A DNA stretch of 62,241 bases, filler included, from Choristocarpus tenellus KU-1152 (taxonomy: Eukaryota > Protista > Phaeophyceae), in NCBI GenBank assembly GCA_964200185.2. It is 11 parts of 11 records of this genome, joined end to end, with 100 filler letters (N's around TTAATTAATTAA, not from the genome) between each part and the next. Parts side by side here need not be neighbours in the genome. Positions count along the whole stretch, not along the records: positions 36,994 to 41,124 come from CAXNAD020016063.1; positions 41,225 to 46,157 come from CAXNAD020012481.1; positions 46,258 to 49,407 come from CAXNAD020021953.1; positions 49,508 to 52,065 come from CAXNAD020026793.1; 7 more parts are not named here. The stretch is one strand, 5' to 3'. A model generated the notes under the pieces. That model worked only from the letters and a program-made list of their open reading frames with translations, ran no database searches and had not been told where the DNA came from. A program made the position numbers and the translations under genes. Of the stretch, positions 40,301-51,948 are shown one piece after another (positions within the stretch are counted from its first letter, which is position 1; each line of letters opens with the position of its first letter).

Positions 40301-41224
40301 TAAAATCTAGTAGGGTTTTGTGATCCACTCATCCATATGTAACAACCCCCACCCCCTCTGACCACTTCCAGTGTCCTCTTGTTCACTGCCCCTGAAGACT
40401 GGAATAATCTGGTTCTGCCCTCCTGTTGTGTCCTCTCTGAGGTACTCACCCCGAGTATTCAGTCTCTAACCTTTCTCTTTGTGCGACACTTTCTTGACAG
40501 GGGTACCTGTGGGTCTCACAAAAGTACACCTTGTGTTCCAATAGCCACCTGCGCCTGAGTTGTGACTGATCCAACTGCTGGTCACTTCTGTACTTGAACA
40601 CGTTGATTGCAACTTAGGAAAAAGCAAAAAAACAGCAACAGCACCTACGGACAACAAGAGTAGTATGTGAATAAGGTGGAACTCATTATATAGAAAATCG
40701 AGACACATGGAACATACAAAAGTAAAGCTGCCAGCATCCCCATGCATCATTATCTTGAGGTCGTCTCCTCATTAGAGGCAGGTTCTGAGGTTATGGTCTG
40801 AGGCACAGGTCATTGATGCGAACCAATGCAGACAGAAAGGCGACCTGTACTCTCCTACACATTCTCAAGGTCATAGAAAGAGATCAGAAAGCCCTGATCT
40901 GGAATTCAGGACATCGATGCAAACATGAGTGAATGCCGTCAATTGTGACCGTAAGGTCCATTCCTCACTGAGGGTGAGAAACAGATGCGACGATGCAGAC
41001 CCTTCCCCCCCAATTTAAGAAGTTGAGATGAAAATGAGTCCATGACATCCCAAAGAGCGAACAACAGTCCCATATGGTAAGCTGAGTAGTCTCCCCGATT
41101 TGAAGAGACGGAGTAGGCGCTCCANNNNNNNNNNNNNNNNNNNNNNNNNNNNNNNNNNNNNNNNNNNNTTAATTAATTAANNNNNNNNNNNNNNNNNNNN
41201 NNNNNNNNNNNNNNNNNNNNNNNN

Positions 41225-41528
41225 TGGCAAGGGGGCGCTTGTACATGATCCTTCATCGCCTGGGATGGCAACAGTAGGTGCAGGGCATCCAAATACAGGA
41301 ACAAGTCTATTCCAAGGGAATCATGCCCCCATTAACATCTATGGTGATGTGCACCTACATGTGGGTGAGAACAGGCAGCAGCAAGGGCAGGGGGGGGGGA
41401 AGGTTACGCCCCAGGCAAGCAACGGCATGGGGCCTCAGGCTGGAGCAGGTGGAGGGAATGATGGATCGCAGCTGAGCCCTCGGGAGAAATATTACTCACA
41501 AGGGGAGACAAGTTGGTCGGGTAGGTGA
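41225..41528 (+). CDS. Probable terminal exon of an unidentified gene (G/Q/N-rich)
   Basis: Frame open from the contig start to a stop at 41528 with coding-like composition; no homology recognised. Confidence 0.35.
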
Positions 41529-43094
41529 TAGAAGTAGGTTGCTAACTGAGCTTTTTTTGTTATAACTCAGTGGTTGACTGAGATGCATTTTGGTGGATAA
41601 CAAATATCTGAACATGTGTGATCTGTGGTGAGGGTCTCACTATTTGTTTAACTGTCAACGGAATAAGAGAGACAGGGATAATGGGGGGGCAGGGACTGTA
41701 ACTGAGATACATGTGATGTGGTATTTGTTTTGCCCTTTTTATGCCACAGTGTGTACAGAGATGGTGTCAGGAACAATAGAACGTGGTGTGATTGAACTGA
41801 AACACACTACATGCGAGCTCTCCATTTTATGATATGAAATTACTGTAATGATGCACTGTCAGTCCTTGCAAGTCTCTCTTGGTGACATTTCTGCCCACTT
41901 GCCTTGAGATGTTGTTTAGGAGTGATGAAGCAAGTGCAATGTTTCCAAGGTGTTTGTGGTTGATGACAAAGATTGTGATTCCCCAAAACAAAGTATAGTG
42001 CTCAGAGCTAGCCAGTGTAATTTCCATAATATCATACCCACTCAAGTCCTGGGTAAGAGTACCTCCCTGGTATGCTTGGCTACAAATTATGCCCCCAATT
42101 TCGATTTTAGCTCTACAGAGAGGCACTAATTCCAAGTTTTTTTTCTGTAGACTTTCAATGGGGAAGAAGTAGAAGTAGACTTCAGAGCGAGATCCAATGC
42201 ATCATGGGTGCTGCTCATGTTTTAAGGACCCAGACTAAGGAAGGTATACCTGGAAGGGAACTAGCCGTGAAGGGTTTTACAAGGTTGCACACATAATGCA
42301 TGTCCAGCATTTCGCTGCGATGAATTTGTAACACCAGGCTCAAGATGAGATACTTATCCTGATCATTAGAGTTCAAGTAAAGGGGTGAATTCCACAAAGA
42401 TCAAAACAGAATGCTCAAGTGAAGGAAAGCAGTGGGTGGGTACAGGGCGTTGAGTTGCTCATTTGGTAAGAAATATGATGAGTCATCAACACCAAAGTTA
42501 TCTGCCACTGTCCAGGACATTTTTTTGCTATAGTAATCTGCTGTAGGTCAGGATGAACACCTAACATTGAACTCCTCACTCGCCCTCCTTCCATTTACTG
42601 CACAAACCTATTGTACACAAGTCTAGCTCTGAAACTTCATGTTCTTACTATGATTGGATGAGCAAGTCACCACTGAAAACATACGCATTTACCTGTTAAC
42701 ATGTATTATGAACCATTCCAAGGAGATGTCTCAAACTGAGCTAAGCCCTGAACATACACCTACACTTCCTAGAGCCATACCAAAAAACAACTAATAGTAG
42801 TAGACGTCTAGAAGCATGCAGATTGTTGACCCTGCTTATCCACTTACGAATTGCATTGAGTGAAGAACATATACTTGAAAGTATTTACAACTGCTGCAGA
42901 CCAGCACACTTCCAACCAAAAAGACAGCGGGCAAAATTGATTGACACACCCCTCCAAACCCTAACCTTTTACATTCACACAAGTGCCAGGAATCAAATCA
43001 CAAACGTGTCGGCACTCAAGGAAATTGAGCCTTGCTCCCAAGTAATTTAATGCCTCCCTGAACCACTTCACTCATCCTTGAATGGTCTCAATCC

Positions 43095-45230
43095 TTAAGA
43101 TCGTGCCACACTGCCATCCTCCCCAACATATTTGCCTCTCATTACCACAAAGTCGCTATTCGCATCACACGGGACAAGGTAAACCCAGGGACTCTCATCT
43201 CCACAGTAGATCTGATCACCATCTCCTTGGCCATGTCTCCAATCATCCCCCCCTCTCTGTCCCCCTGCCCTGGAAGTACCTGCTTCCACACGGTAGTAGG
43301 TGCAGTCTCGCCCCTCATCGAAATCATAGGGGGGAATGAGCACATCAAGGACCGCACAACCTAAGTGCCGGGATGTGGGGGTGTCTTAATGAGGTTGAAA
43401 AGGGGGAAAAGGTTTCCCAGTACATGCAAAGCGTGATTCTTACCTAGAGAGAATCAAAAAGAGAGGACAGACAAGTTGTACCATGTACCATAGGATTCTT
43501 ATACGCCCAGGAGAGAGGTAACATACTTGCAGCACACAAAAGCAGAGTTATAGAGGTTCAAAAGGCAATTACTGCCCCCTACTTGAAGGTGGGGAATGAT
43601 ACTATGATTTGTGCTCCATAGTAGTAGTGAGCATGATGGAAGACTTTTTGGAATTTGGACAGGACAGTGTCGGGAGTCATTAACATTAAAAATATGTACG
43701 AATCATTTCACAGTACATGAGATACAACTAGAAACACACAAGTGAGCACAAACAGATTGCAGGTCACCTGACACAGGAGTTAAAAGAGGTACTGACAGCC
43801 CAAGGGTCGGTTGTACACTGTGGATACAACCATCGTTACGTTTTTCCATCTCAACAAGCTAACACTCTGTGGACATTTCGTGAAGAAGCCGTAAGGAAGG
43901 CATGAGGACTGAGAAAACAAGGGGAATTGACTTAATGTCACACTCTACCGTGGGGTGTTGTAGATGGGGATGCTGAGAAAGGTGAAATACGTACCTTGTT
44001 TTCCTGCCCGAAGCTCATGCAGGTTTCCCTTTCTTGAGGTGAGCGAGGTTGTAAAGGGGGCTTCATGCCAGGAATCCGATTGAAGTACGCCCTTTATCCG
44101 CTGTCCCATGACCTGCCCGCGCAAGGCATCCTCAACATCTTGTGCTTGTTGCCCACCTGTCTCGCCGGCCTCGTCAACACGGTCGAAACAGGTTAATTTG
44201 AGAGAACCATAGAGAAGCCTTGAAGTTACACACCTTCGAGACAGGAAGAAAAGCAGGGATAAGATTGCCCAGTGAAAGAAAGCATGTCCATACAATGTAG
44301 AAAAGAGCAGCGTAGAAATTCGTGTTACAGGACATGAATACATCAAGGGTTCCTGTGGCATAAGTAGGTGACGGGTGGAGGCGATAAGGAATCAAGTGGT
44401 GCTCTCCAGTACACGACAGAAACAGTAAACCACTTGTCCCATGATCTCTAGCGGCTGCAATCTTGGAGATTGATACAACATTCATAGGTAGACTCAGCTA
44501 CGGTGTCCTTGCTCTCAAAAGTAAGGCTCACAAAAAAAACATCTCGTCCTGCCCCCATTCGCCTCCTTCGCACATGTGGGGGTGGTCATGTAGAGGTATG
44601 CAGGACCCTGGAGGAAACACGAATATTCCCATCGAGAATCCCCGCCCTTCTGCAACATGAAGATAACGTATGTCACCAGGGCATATCGAGGGAGGGTGGA
44701 TATGCTCGTGAGCGTTGACTGAGAGTCCCACAGACTCCATTGTCACGCCCTCCACTCTCTGTTGGGGGAGAGGGGGAGAAGAGAGAAGGGGAGGGGGGGG
44801 GGGCTATGAGGGCAGAGGAAGGCTCACCTAATCTCACTGGCGCACCCACAGTAATCTCTGCCTCTCGTTCACCAGTGAAGTTCAACAAGGGAGTACAAAA
44901 GCAGGATTGGTTCGTCCCTGGGTTTGACACACCCACAGTTATATCGCGGAGGGAACCAGGCGACGTCGCCTGGAAGCGCCTAGCTAAATCATCTACTCAA
45001 CAGACAAGGAGACCCCTACAATATTATCAATAGAACACCTGCTTGATACTCAAGAGGTCTTCCGCAGTCAGTTCCAGGTTTTGGTCACGTTTCTCCATTC
45101 TGGCCACTATTCCCTTAACTGCAGAGATAAGCCTTTCTAAGGTGGGCGATTCATCTAGTCTGTTAGATATGGGCCTAAGCAAGAGGATACCGCCAAGGCG
45201 ACGTAGCAAGACACGGAAGAAATCCACCAT
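43095..45230 (-). CDS. ADO: Cysteamine dioxygenase / plant cysteine oxidase (ADO/PCO) family thiol dioxygenase, 4 exons
   Basis: Exons 45230-45039, 44758-44574, 44233-43995 and 43360-43095. FSMGIFVFPPGSCIPLHDHPHM/CVTSRLLYG, GNLHEL (3-His iron triad), CAVLDVLIPPYD...RDCTYY. Start codon uncertain. Confidence 0.93.
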
Positions 45231-45498
45231 ATACACATTACTGACAGTGATGTGATATCCTGTTTTTTAGATTGATGTAACGCCTTCATATATTTTGGCG
45301 AAATCAACCAACCAAGAACACATCCCAAATCCAATAACAACCTTCGTCAGATTCGAGAAACTGGAAGGCCGACGATCCTTCCGCTGAGTACTGTGGAGAA
45401 ATAATCGCTTGAGTACTCTCCGAACCAATAGGTCTCTCGCTGGAGCACTTCAGTTGTCCTGCCCTGCTCATACCTTGCGCGTCGGAAGTCAACCCAAA
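45231..45498. promoter_or_regulatory. Probable bidirectional promoter ADO / plastid Zn-finger gene
   Basis: 268 bp between divergent start codons on one contig; promoter function is inferred. Confidence 0.55.
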
Positions 45499-46074
45499 AT
45501 GAATCTTATCTTCATCGTCCTGTTCAGTACCTCGTGCTTGTTGCCCTACGCGAGTGGATTCATGATACCCCAACTACGTTCCTTTCAGAGGATGGGCAGC
45601 AAACCAGTGGTTGGAGTGCGGGTCATGCAGATGCGTAGACAACAGTTACAAGAGCTGCCCCTATCAGAGTTGCCTCAGAGTTGCCCTAGCTGTGTAGGGA
45701 GTAAGACCATCGTCTGTCCTGTGTGCCTCGGGACTGGCCTGATTTCCAAAACAGGTTTCTCCAAGAAGAACAATGTGAGTACCAGGAGCAAGTGCTATTG
45801 CCAGCTTTTTATGCTCAGACTGAGTTTACTCGGCTGATGTAGTTCCATAGTTCAATATTATAATGGTACGTTGATCTTCCAACAGGCTTTTCAAGAGATA
45901 TAGACTGTACCTGTCCACGAATATTCACCATAGGTAAACATGCAGAAGATCATTGATTCCAAGTGGACTTCTGTCAACGCAAGACTAGGGCACCGGCATT
46001 TTGTGGCAAGAGGCAAGAAAAGGAAGAAGGTCGCTGACGCCGAGGTGGAGCTCGTGAACACGTGCGGTCGAAAG
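45499..46074 (+). CDS. Putative plastid-targeted protein: DnaJ-type CxxCxGxG zinc motif + TIGR02450-like (Trp-rich conserved hypothetical) domain, 3' truncated
   Basis: Signal peptide MNLIFIVLFSTSCLLPYASG|F (ASAF-type) followed by a basic transit-like stretch; CPSCVGSK..CPVCLGTG; exon 45934-46074 VNMQKIIDSKWTSVNARLGHRHFV (cf. LLSKWTA......HFLV). Confidence 0.7.
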
Positions 46075-47083
46075 GTTCGTTAAACCCCTGGGTCAAAGTA
46101 TCTTGGGGGGGGGTGTCGGCGTCCGTTTTTCACCCTTTTTTCGATTTTCACTTTTATNNNNNNNNNNNNNNNNNNNNNNNNNNNNNNNNNNNNNNNNNNN
46201 NTTAATTAATTAANNNNNNNNNNNNNNNNNNNNNNNNNNNNNNNNNNNNNNNNNNNNATATAGTTTTCATTGGTTTTCCCCTGACACATCTGCAAAATGT
46301 CAGAGGGCATAATAATAAAATATACATACACTCCCTCATATCTAACATCAAATCAATGCAACTTCAAAACCCGAAGTCAGAGTAGTTTAGAAAGCGTCTT
46401 CACTGTGGTTTTGCTCTGTCAAAATCTCAAAAATACACCTTCATAATTTATTTTATTTTAACCTTCATATTTTTGTTCTTTTGGGTTGGGAGTTGGGAAT
46501 AGATGTTGAGAAACACTGAGCTTTTATTTCTTTAAACTTGAGGTTCCAATTCTTACATATAATGTTCTTCGAAAAATCATGTCTGTAGTTATAACGTTCT
46601 GTGAAACATCATATTTGTGGTTTTAGAGGAGAAAATGAGTTGGTGTATTGTAATGTTGTACCACTACCAAGAACATCATGCACTATCAAGCTCTTAGTTG
46701 TAATCTCCAAATTAGCAATCAACAATTTCCAATTGGTGAGATAGTGACATTGAGACCTGTTTTCCCTTCTGATTTCCCAGGGGTGGTGGAGTAGGGACCC
46801 CCTCCAGTCAGAAATTGTCTACATCGAGACACGCTGATCTCAGACGGTCATATTCTTCTGTCTTTTGTTGCCTGGTCTGTTCGGAATTTTAGGAGGGACA
46901 ACTAACCCAAAGGAGGTGTTGTTGGAGGTGTGTTCCGTGGGTAGGAGCGAAAGAGTTGGCCGGACCAAATAAAGGGTTCACGATTGGGGGAAAGAATACT
47001 GAAAGAGTTTTTTTCTCGGCAATTCTCGTTGTAGAGGCACCAGGGTAGTAATAGGTGAATTGGCCTCACTTGCGCTCGAACGG

Positions 47084-47995
47084 ATGCGGGTCCTATCCAT
47101 AAGGATCTTGCCGTGTATAGCCCTTTCCCTTGCTTGTTATCGACCTGTGGGAGGTGACGATGCAAGTGGGACTGTGAAACTTAGAGGAATGATCAAGAGG
47201 AAATGTACGAAGGAGAAGTACACACGGGGTCACTGGGAAAAAGCGGACAATCCAGAGGACGGGGTTGCGGGTCTGAGGACGGCCTACGAAACAGAAAAAC
47301 CTTTCGCTGAGGTGGAATCTTCTTTTAGACTCATGTTCCCAGACAAGGTGGGTGATAGGTTCGATAGGCCTAACGGAAGTAAGTGAACGTGGGGGTAGAG
47401 AAAGGCTGATTAGTCCTTGGGAGGTGTGGGGATGGAGATAAATTGTTGGACGATTAATCTGTCCGTTGTTTTTTTTCATGTTGTATAAGTACTGTGGCCA
47501 AGTCATGTAATGAGAGCTCGACATTTGTGACAATGCGTGTCTACATTGTAGTCCATCTGTACGGTTATTGTCTGGAATATGCCAGCAGTGCTTGGTAGCT
47601 ATTCCACACCCCTGTGGTCTTATTCCTCTGCTCTCCCCACTCTGTTCTACTGGGCCCACTTTCTCTCTAAGAAGCTCAACATATAGGTTTGGGCAAAGTC
47701 TTGCCAAAAGCTTCCACACTTTTCAGTAGAGATTCGTTAAGTAGTCCAGGATACACAATCATAATTTGTGTTGATACGATAGCCTCCTGGCGCAACTCAG
47801 CACACATGAACGTGAAGTGTGTTAGGAGAGATGAAGTTGTTCAAACCCATTCTATAACACCACATTATCTTGCAAATATCCCGTTTTCTCACTACAAAAG
47901 CAGGTACGCGATCCCACAAGCTATCAATGGGTGCCAGACGATTGTGAGCTGCAAGACTTCTCCGCGAAGAGGTTCTGCACCGAACTGGGTGACAG
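47084..47995 (+). CDS. TBL/PMR5-like (PC-esterase) secretory protein, first two exons
   Basis: Hydrophobic N-terminus; CTKEKYTRGHW in exon 47084-47347; in-phase exon 47904-47995 VRDPTSYQWVPDDCELQDFSAKRFCTELGDR, matching the W.P..C.L..F....F...L motif that precedes GDS. The GDS exon was not found. Confidence 0.65.
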
Positions 47996-49831
47996 GTGAG
48001 ATGCGTTAAACGGACTCCTGCAGTAAAGGTTTGCAGAGATGACCCAACCCCAATAGTTGAATTCAGTGATTGGACTATTCGTGAACAGCACGATTATTCA
48101 ATGCTAGGAAAGAAATGGTCTGCCTTACACATCAACGATTCATGAGCACAGCTTTGCAGCAGAGCTTGACCCTGCTCCTCGTCACGTTAACTCGTACTTT
48201 TACTTTCTTGCAACAAGAACAGTGAGCCCTCATCTGACTTTAACTTACAAGTCTTACATCATCGATCAGGTCGCTCTCTTGCCTCCATTTATTGGCCAAG
48301 TAGATGGTTTTTAGACAATCTTCCATATGTATTTTGAAATTATGAAACGCCATTAGAAAGAGTCCCTATGAATACCCTCGTATTATGTAGCCATATATTC
48401 ACTCTACTATCCTAGGCCCGCTTTGAAAATAGTTTTTTTTGTGAAGGACGAATCATTGTGCAGGATGGCGATAGATGAATCCCTCATTGACACTGGGGCG
48501 ATCAGATGCTCTAGGTGGTAACGATCTGTTGATGGTAGCCTTACTATGGTGCCAAACAAGGGCTCCCACACTGATGTCTACGCGACCTGTGTGAACAGAT
48601 GAATGCCAATACGATGATAATCAAATACCTCTTGGAAAGTTTGCTGTTTTGATGCTTTTGAGCAATCTGAATCCGCTCACCATGCCTAATGCAGTGGAGG
48701 AACTGAAACAGGCTATGATCGGTAGGGAAAGAGAGGGAATGTGGTCGAAACGCGTGGTACATGGACAGGACTTTATACTTCGTATATCATCAGGAGGTGT
48801 AGCCCTATGGTAATCAGAGCAGCTGCTCCTTCTCATAATTGATACCTTGGTGTCGAGATGGTACTCCCGAGAGAAGTCTTTTCCACCATCTGCCACGCCT
48901 ATTGCCTACCTCTTCTTTTAGTTTATGTTTGCGTTATGTTTGATTTTTATAGACATAAATTAGTTTTAAGAGGATACATGTTTAGTGAGGTCAGTAATAC
49001 CCATTGCTACCCTCTAGCAAAATTCAGCGGGCTCTTCATATGTTGGTTTGATGAGGACAGGGTCAAATAAGTTCGCCAGCCTCTTGGAGCAGGCAGCACG
49101 AGGAGACTCTGGTTCGTTCTCACCAATGCAATGTGCAAATGAGTGGGGTTTCCTATACGATACCGTTGTTGATTGACTGCTCTCTGATTAGAGCTCCAGT
49201 CGTTCGTATTGGACTGTTTTGGGGGTGTGGGTCGCTGATTGTTCCAGGAAATGGAGATGTGAGGAAGGCGTAGGAGAGATGGATGCTCTGTGCTGTGTCA
49301 GAGTGATGCCGAGTAGGAAGGGGGGGGGGGGGGGGGGGGTCTGGCTTTACAGTGTTTTGTTCATCCCTTGTGAGCGAGGACTTTTGGTGGAATGGGCGGG
49401 GTCGTCTNNNNNNNNNNNNNNNNNNNNNNNNNNNNNNNNNNNNNNNNNNNNTTAATTAATTAANNNNNNNNNNNNNNNNNNNNNNNNNNNNNNNNNNNNN
49501 NNNNNNNTATTGGAGTGTGTGTGATGAGTGCAACTCCATATTTTTTTGTTGAATGATGTTGTCCTTATAGGGCCACCTTCCCCCCCCCCCCCTCTCCAGT
49601 CCATCGCCCTCTCTTAACATGCCCATATTGAACTCTCCTTAATCACAATTACCTTTCCCCTGTCTGTTTAAAACAATCATTCATCTCCCCACCAATTTTC
49701 CTTCCTTTCCACCCTGACCCTGTTCCCAGACCTGTTGCCCCACCTTCCCCCGCCCATACCCCTTCCCCTATCCCCTACTCCTTCCTTCCTCTCATTGTTG
49801 TTGGCATGCCTCATGACCCCGGTGAATTCAG

Positions 49832-49941
49832 GATAAGTTTGGAACTTACACATTTCGTGTTATCTCAAGTCACCGAGAGGATTTGGTTCTGCGAGCATCC
49901 TCCAAGGAGGCGATGAACTGCTGGCTGTTTGGTTTTCACAG
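49832..49941 (+). CDS. Isolated exon encoding the C-terminal part of a PH domain
   Basis: CAG|DKFGTYTFRVISSHREDLVLRASSKEAMNCWLFGFHR|GT: two strands plus a helix with the conserved Trp. Confidence 0.65.
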
Positions 49942-50554
49942 GTGCACAGTAATTTCTTTTTTAGCAGTATCAACTAAAGTTTGAGAAAAAATAATCACCT
50001 TATGGTCACTGTGTCTATGTGTCGTCTGTGTCTGTGTCTGTGTCTGTCTGTTTTTTGTTATTTCCACTCTTGAAAGTTCTATGTGGTGAGTGTACATGGT
50101 TAGCTTTTTTTTCCTCTGGGGAGATTTTTATTGTTGGACGAATTGCCTACGTTGTTCCTTTGGTACTGCGGTGGAGGGAACACAGAGGTTTGAGTACTAT
50201 ACGCATGTTTATACTGCTGTGTCCCCTTTTTAACCAAACTTCACAAGCTCAAGAAAATGTGTGTTGAAAAGCTACGGCGCGCGTGCTTGGTGTCAGCTCT
50301 GTAGCCATTTTTGAATGTTATGTGAGAATGATGCCGCTGGTCCAAGACCTGCGTATGTATCCGATCAAGCATTGGCCGAGTTTAGAGTGTAGTGGTAGTG
50401 GCCACTGCTTGCCGAGACAACATCTGAGACATATCTGAGAATTAAATGCGGTGGTGGTACTGAAACATTTTGTCGAGCAAGTAGCAGCAGCTCGTTGGAG
50501 ACGATTGCGGTGGCATCTTCCGTTACCAACACGCAAGAGTTCAACTTGTGTGTG

Positions 50555-50556
<2 letters not shown>

Positions 50557-50587
<31 letters not shown>
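50557..50587. repeat. (GT)n microsatellite
   Basis: Direct reading. Others: (CT)n 50859-50892, (ATT)n 52268-52290, imperfect (CA)n 61526-61568. Confidence 0.95.
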
Positions 50588-50589
<2 letters not shown>

Positions 50590-50854
50590 AGTGAAAAAAA
50601 AAAATCACCGTAAGAGTCCCTGGTGTCGTTCCGAAAAGCATTCGAATCTTCACGCCGGCGGTGGTGCTTTGATTCCGGAACTGTTTTTTAATGATAGGAG
50701 TGCATTTGTGTGACATTGTCCACTTTCTTTCTTATGTGTCCATCGTTGGTGGTTATGTGTACCTCATTAGCTCATTAGGGGGTTGGATCAGGATTTTAGT
50801 CCGTTTCAGCTGCAGTCCTGTTTCCGTATCATTTCACATTTACAGACACGTTTA

Positions 50855-50895
<41 letters not shown>

Positions 50896-51900
50896 ATATA
50901 TACTATATATATGTATGGTCATCAACTGCCACCCTGCTGGCCCGGCTTAGAGAACCCGTTGCCAAGGTCCGACAAGCTGCTGGTAGATTTATCCTCTCCG
51001 GAGGTGTGCATACACCCCCAGAGTGTTTGCCCAGTAGGTATTTCTGACGAGGGATACACGCCCTTTCCGTCAGAGGGCCAGAAGTCGTTATCAGTCAAGT
51101 TTCCGAGTGGAGTGATCTGGGTGAAGTGAAAAGGAGACAACTGCAAGGTCTGAGAAGAACACTCTGCTGCAACCCTATCTGCTACCCAACTGGTTGCACG
51201 TCTACCTTTCGAAGTAGGAGATGAGGCCTCCCTTTGTATTACCAAACCCTGAGCCGTTGGAGTATATGGGGCCCACTGGGCTTGAGATTGTGCCTGTGTG
51301 AGAGGCGACTGTCTCCTCCTTGCGCCTGGTATGACCTAGGACGAGAGGAGGGGAAGGATCCGATGTTGAGCATGACTCATGTGTGCTTTGGGGGGAGGAG
51401 CCCGACTTCAAGGTTGTAAAAACCTAGCCTTGTTTTCTTTGGTGTAGAGGCTTACTGGGTGGGGGGAGTAATTGATGCATCCCGAGGGCCATTGTATGCT
51501 CAACCCTATCTAATTTGTATTGGGGCGCTCTGAGTTCAGGGTGAGGGAGCTTCGCAAGTTTGTTCTGCCAATGAATGCAGCGGGATACAATGTCCCCGAG
51601 ATTCATTCAATCTCATTGGTGGGATGGAAGTGTGCGCCGCCACTGCTAGCGAAGGTGTGTGTGCTTGCAAGACAGACCTACAAGCACCAATGCGTCCACA
51701 AGGATTTTTTTTTATTTTTGTGGTTGCTGTTGTGCAGATCCTGAGGTACAGGTTGGATAATATTTGAAAGGAGCGCACACCTGGGACAGGAGAACAAAAC
51801 ATTCTGGAGGTGCATGAAAGAACTCAAGCGCATGGGGTAGTAGTTGAATTTCCGATTGAAGTCTCCCGCATAATCTCTGCTTCTTAACTTAATTTTTTGT

Positions 51901-51948
51901 GGGTTAGGGTTAGGGTTAGGGTTAGGGTTAGGGTTAGGGTTAGGGTTA
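51901..51948 (+). repeat. Telomere-type (GGGTTA)8 tract, interstitial
   Basis: Eight perfect units followed by ~115 bp of non-telomeric sequence before the contig end. Confidence 0.9.

Noticed and set aside
22999-45230. Apparent proteostasis/N-terminal-modification cluster (E3 ligase, PSMA3, NTMT1, ADO)
   Set aside because: The genes lie on three contigs joined by artificial spacers. Only PSMA3-NTMT1 adjacency is shown by the sequence.
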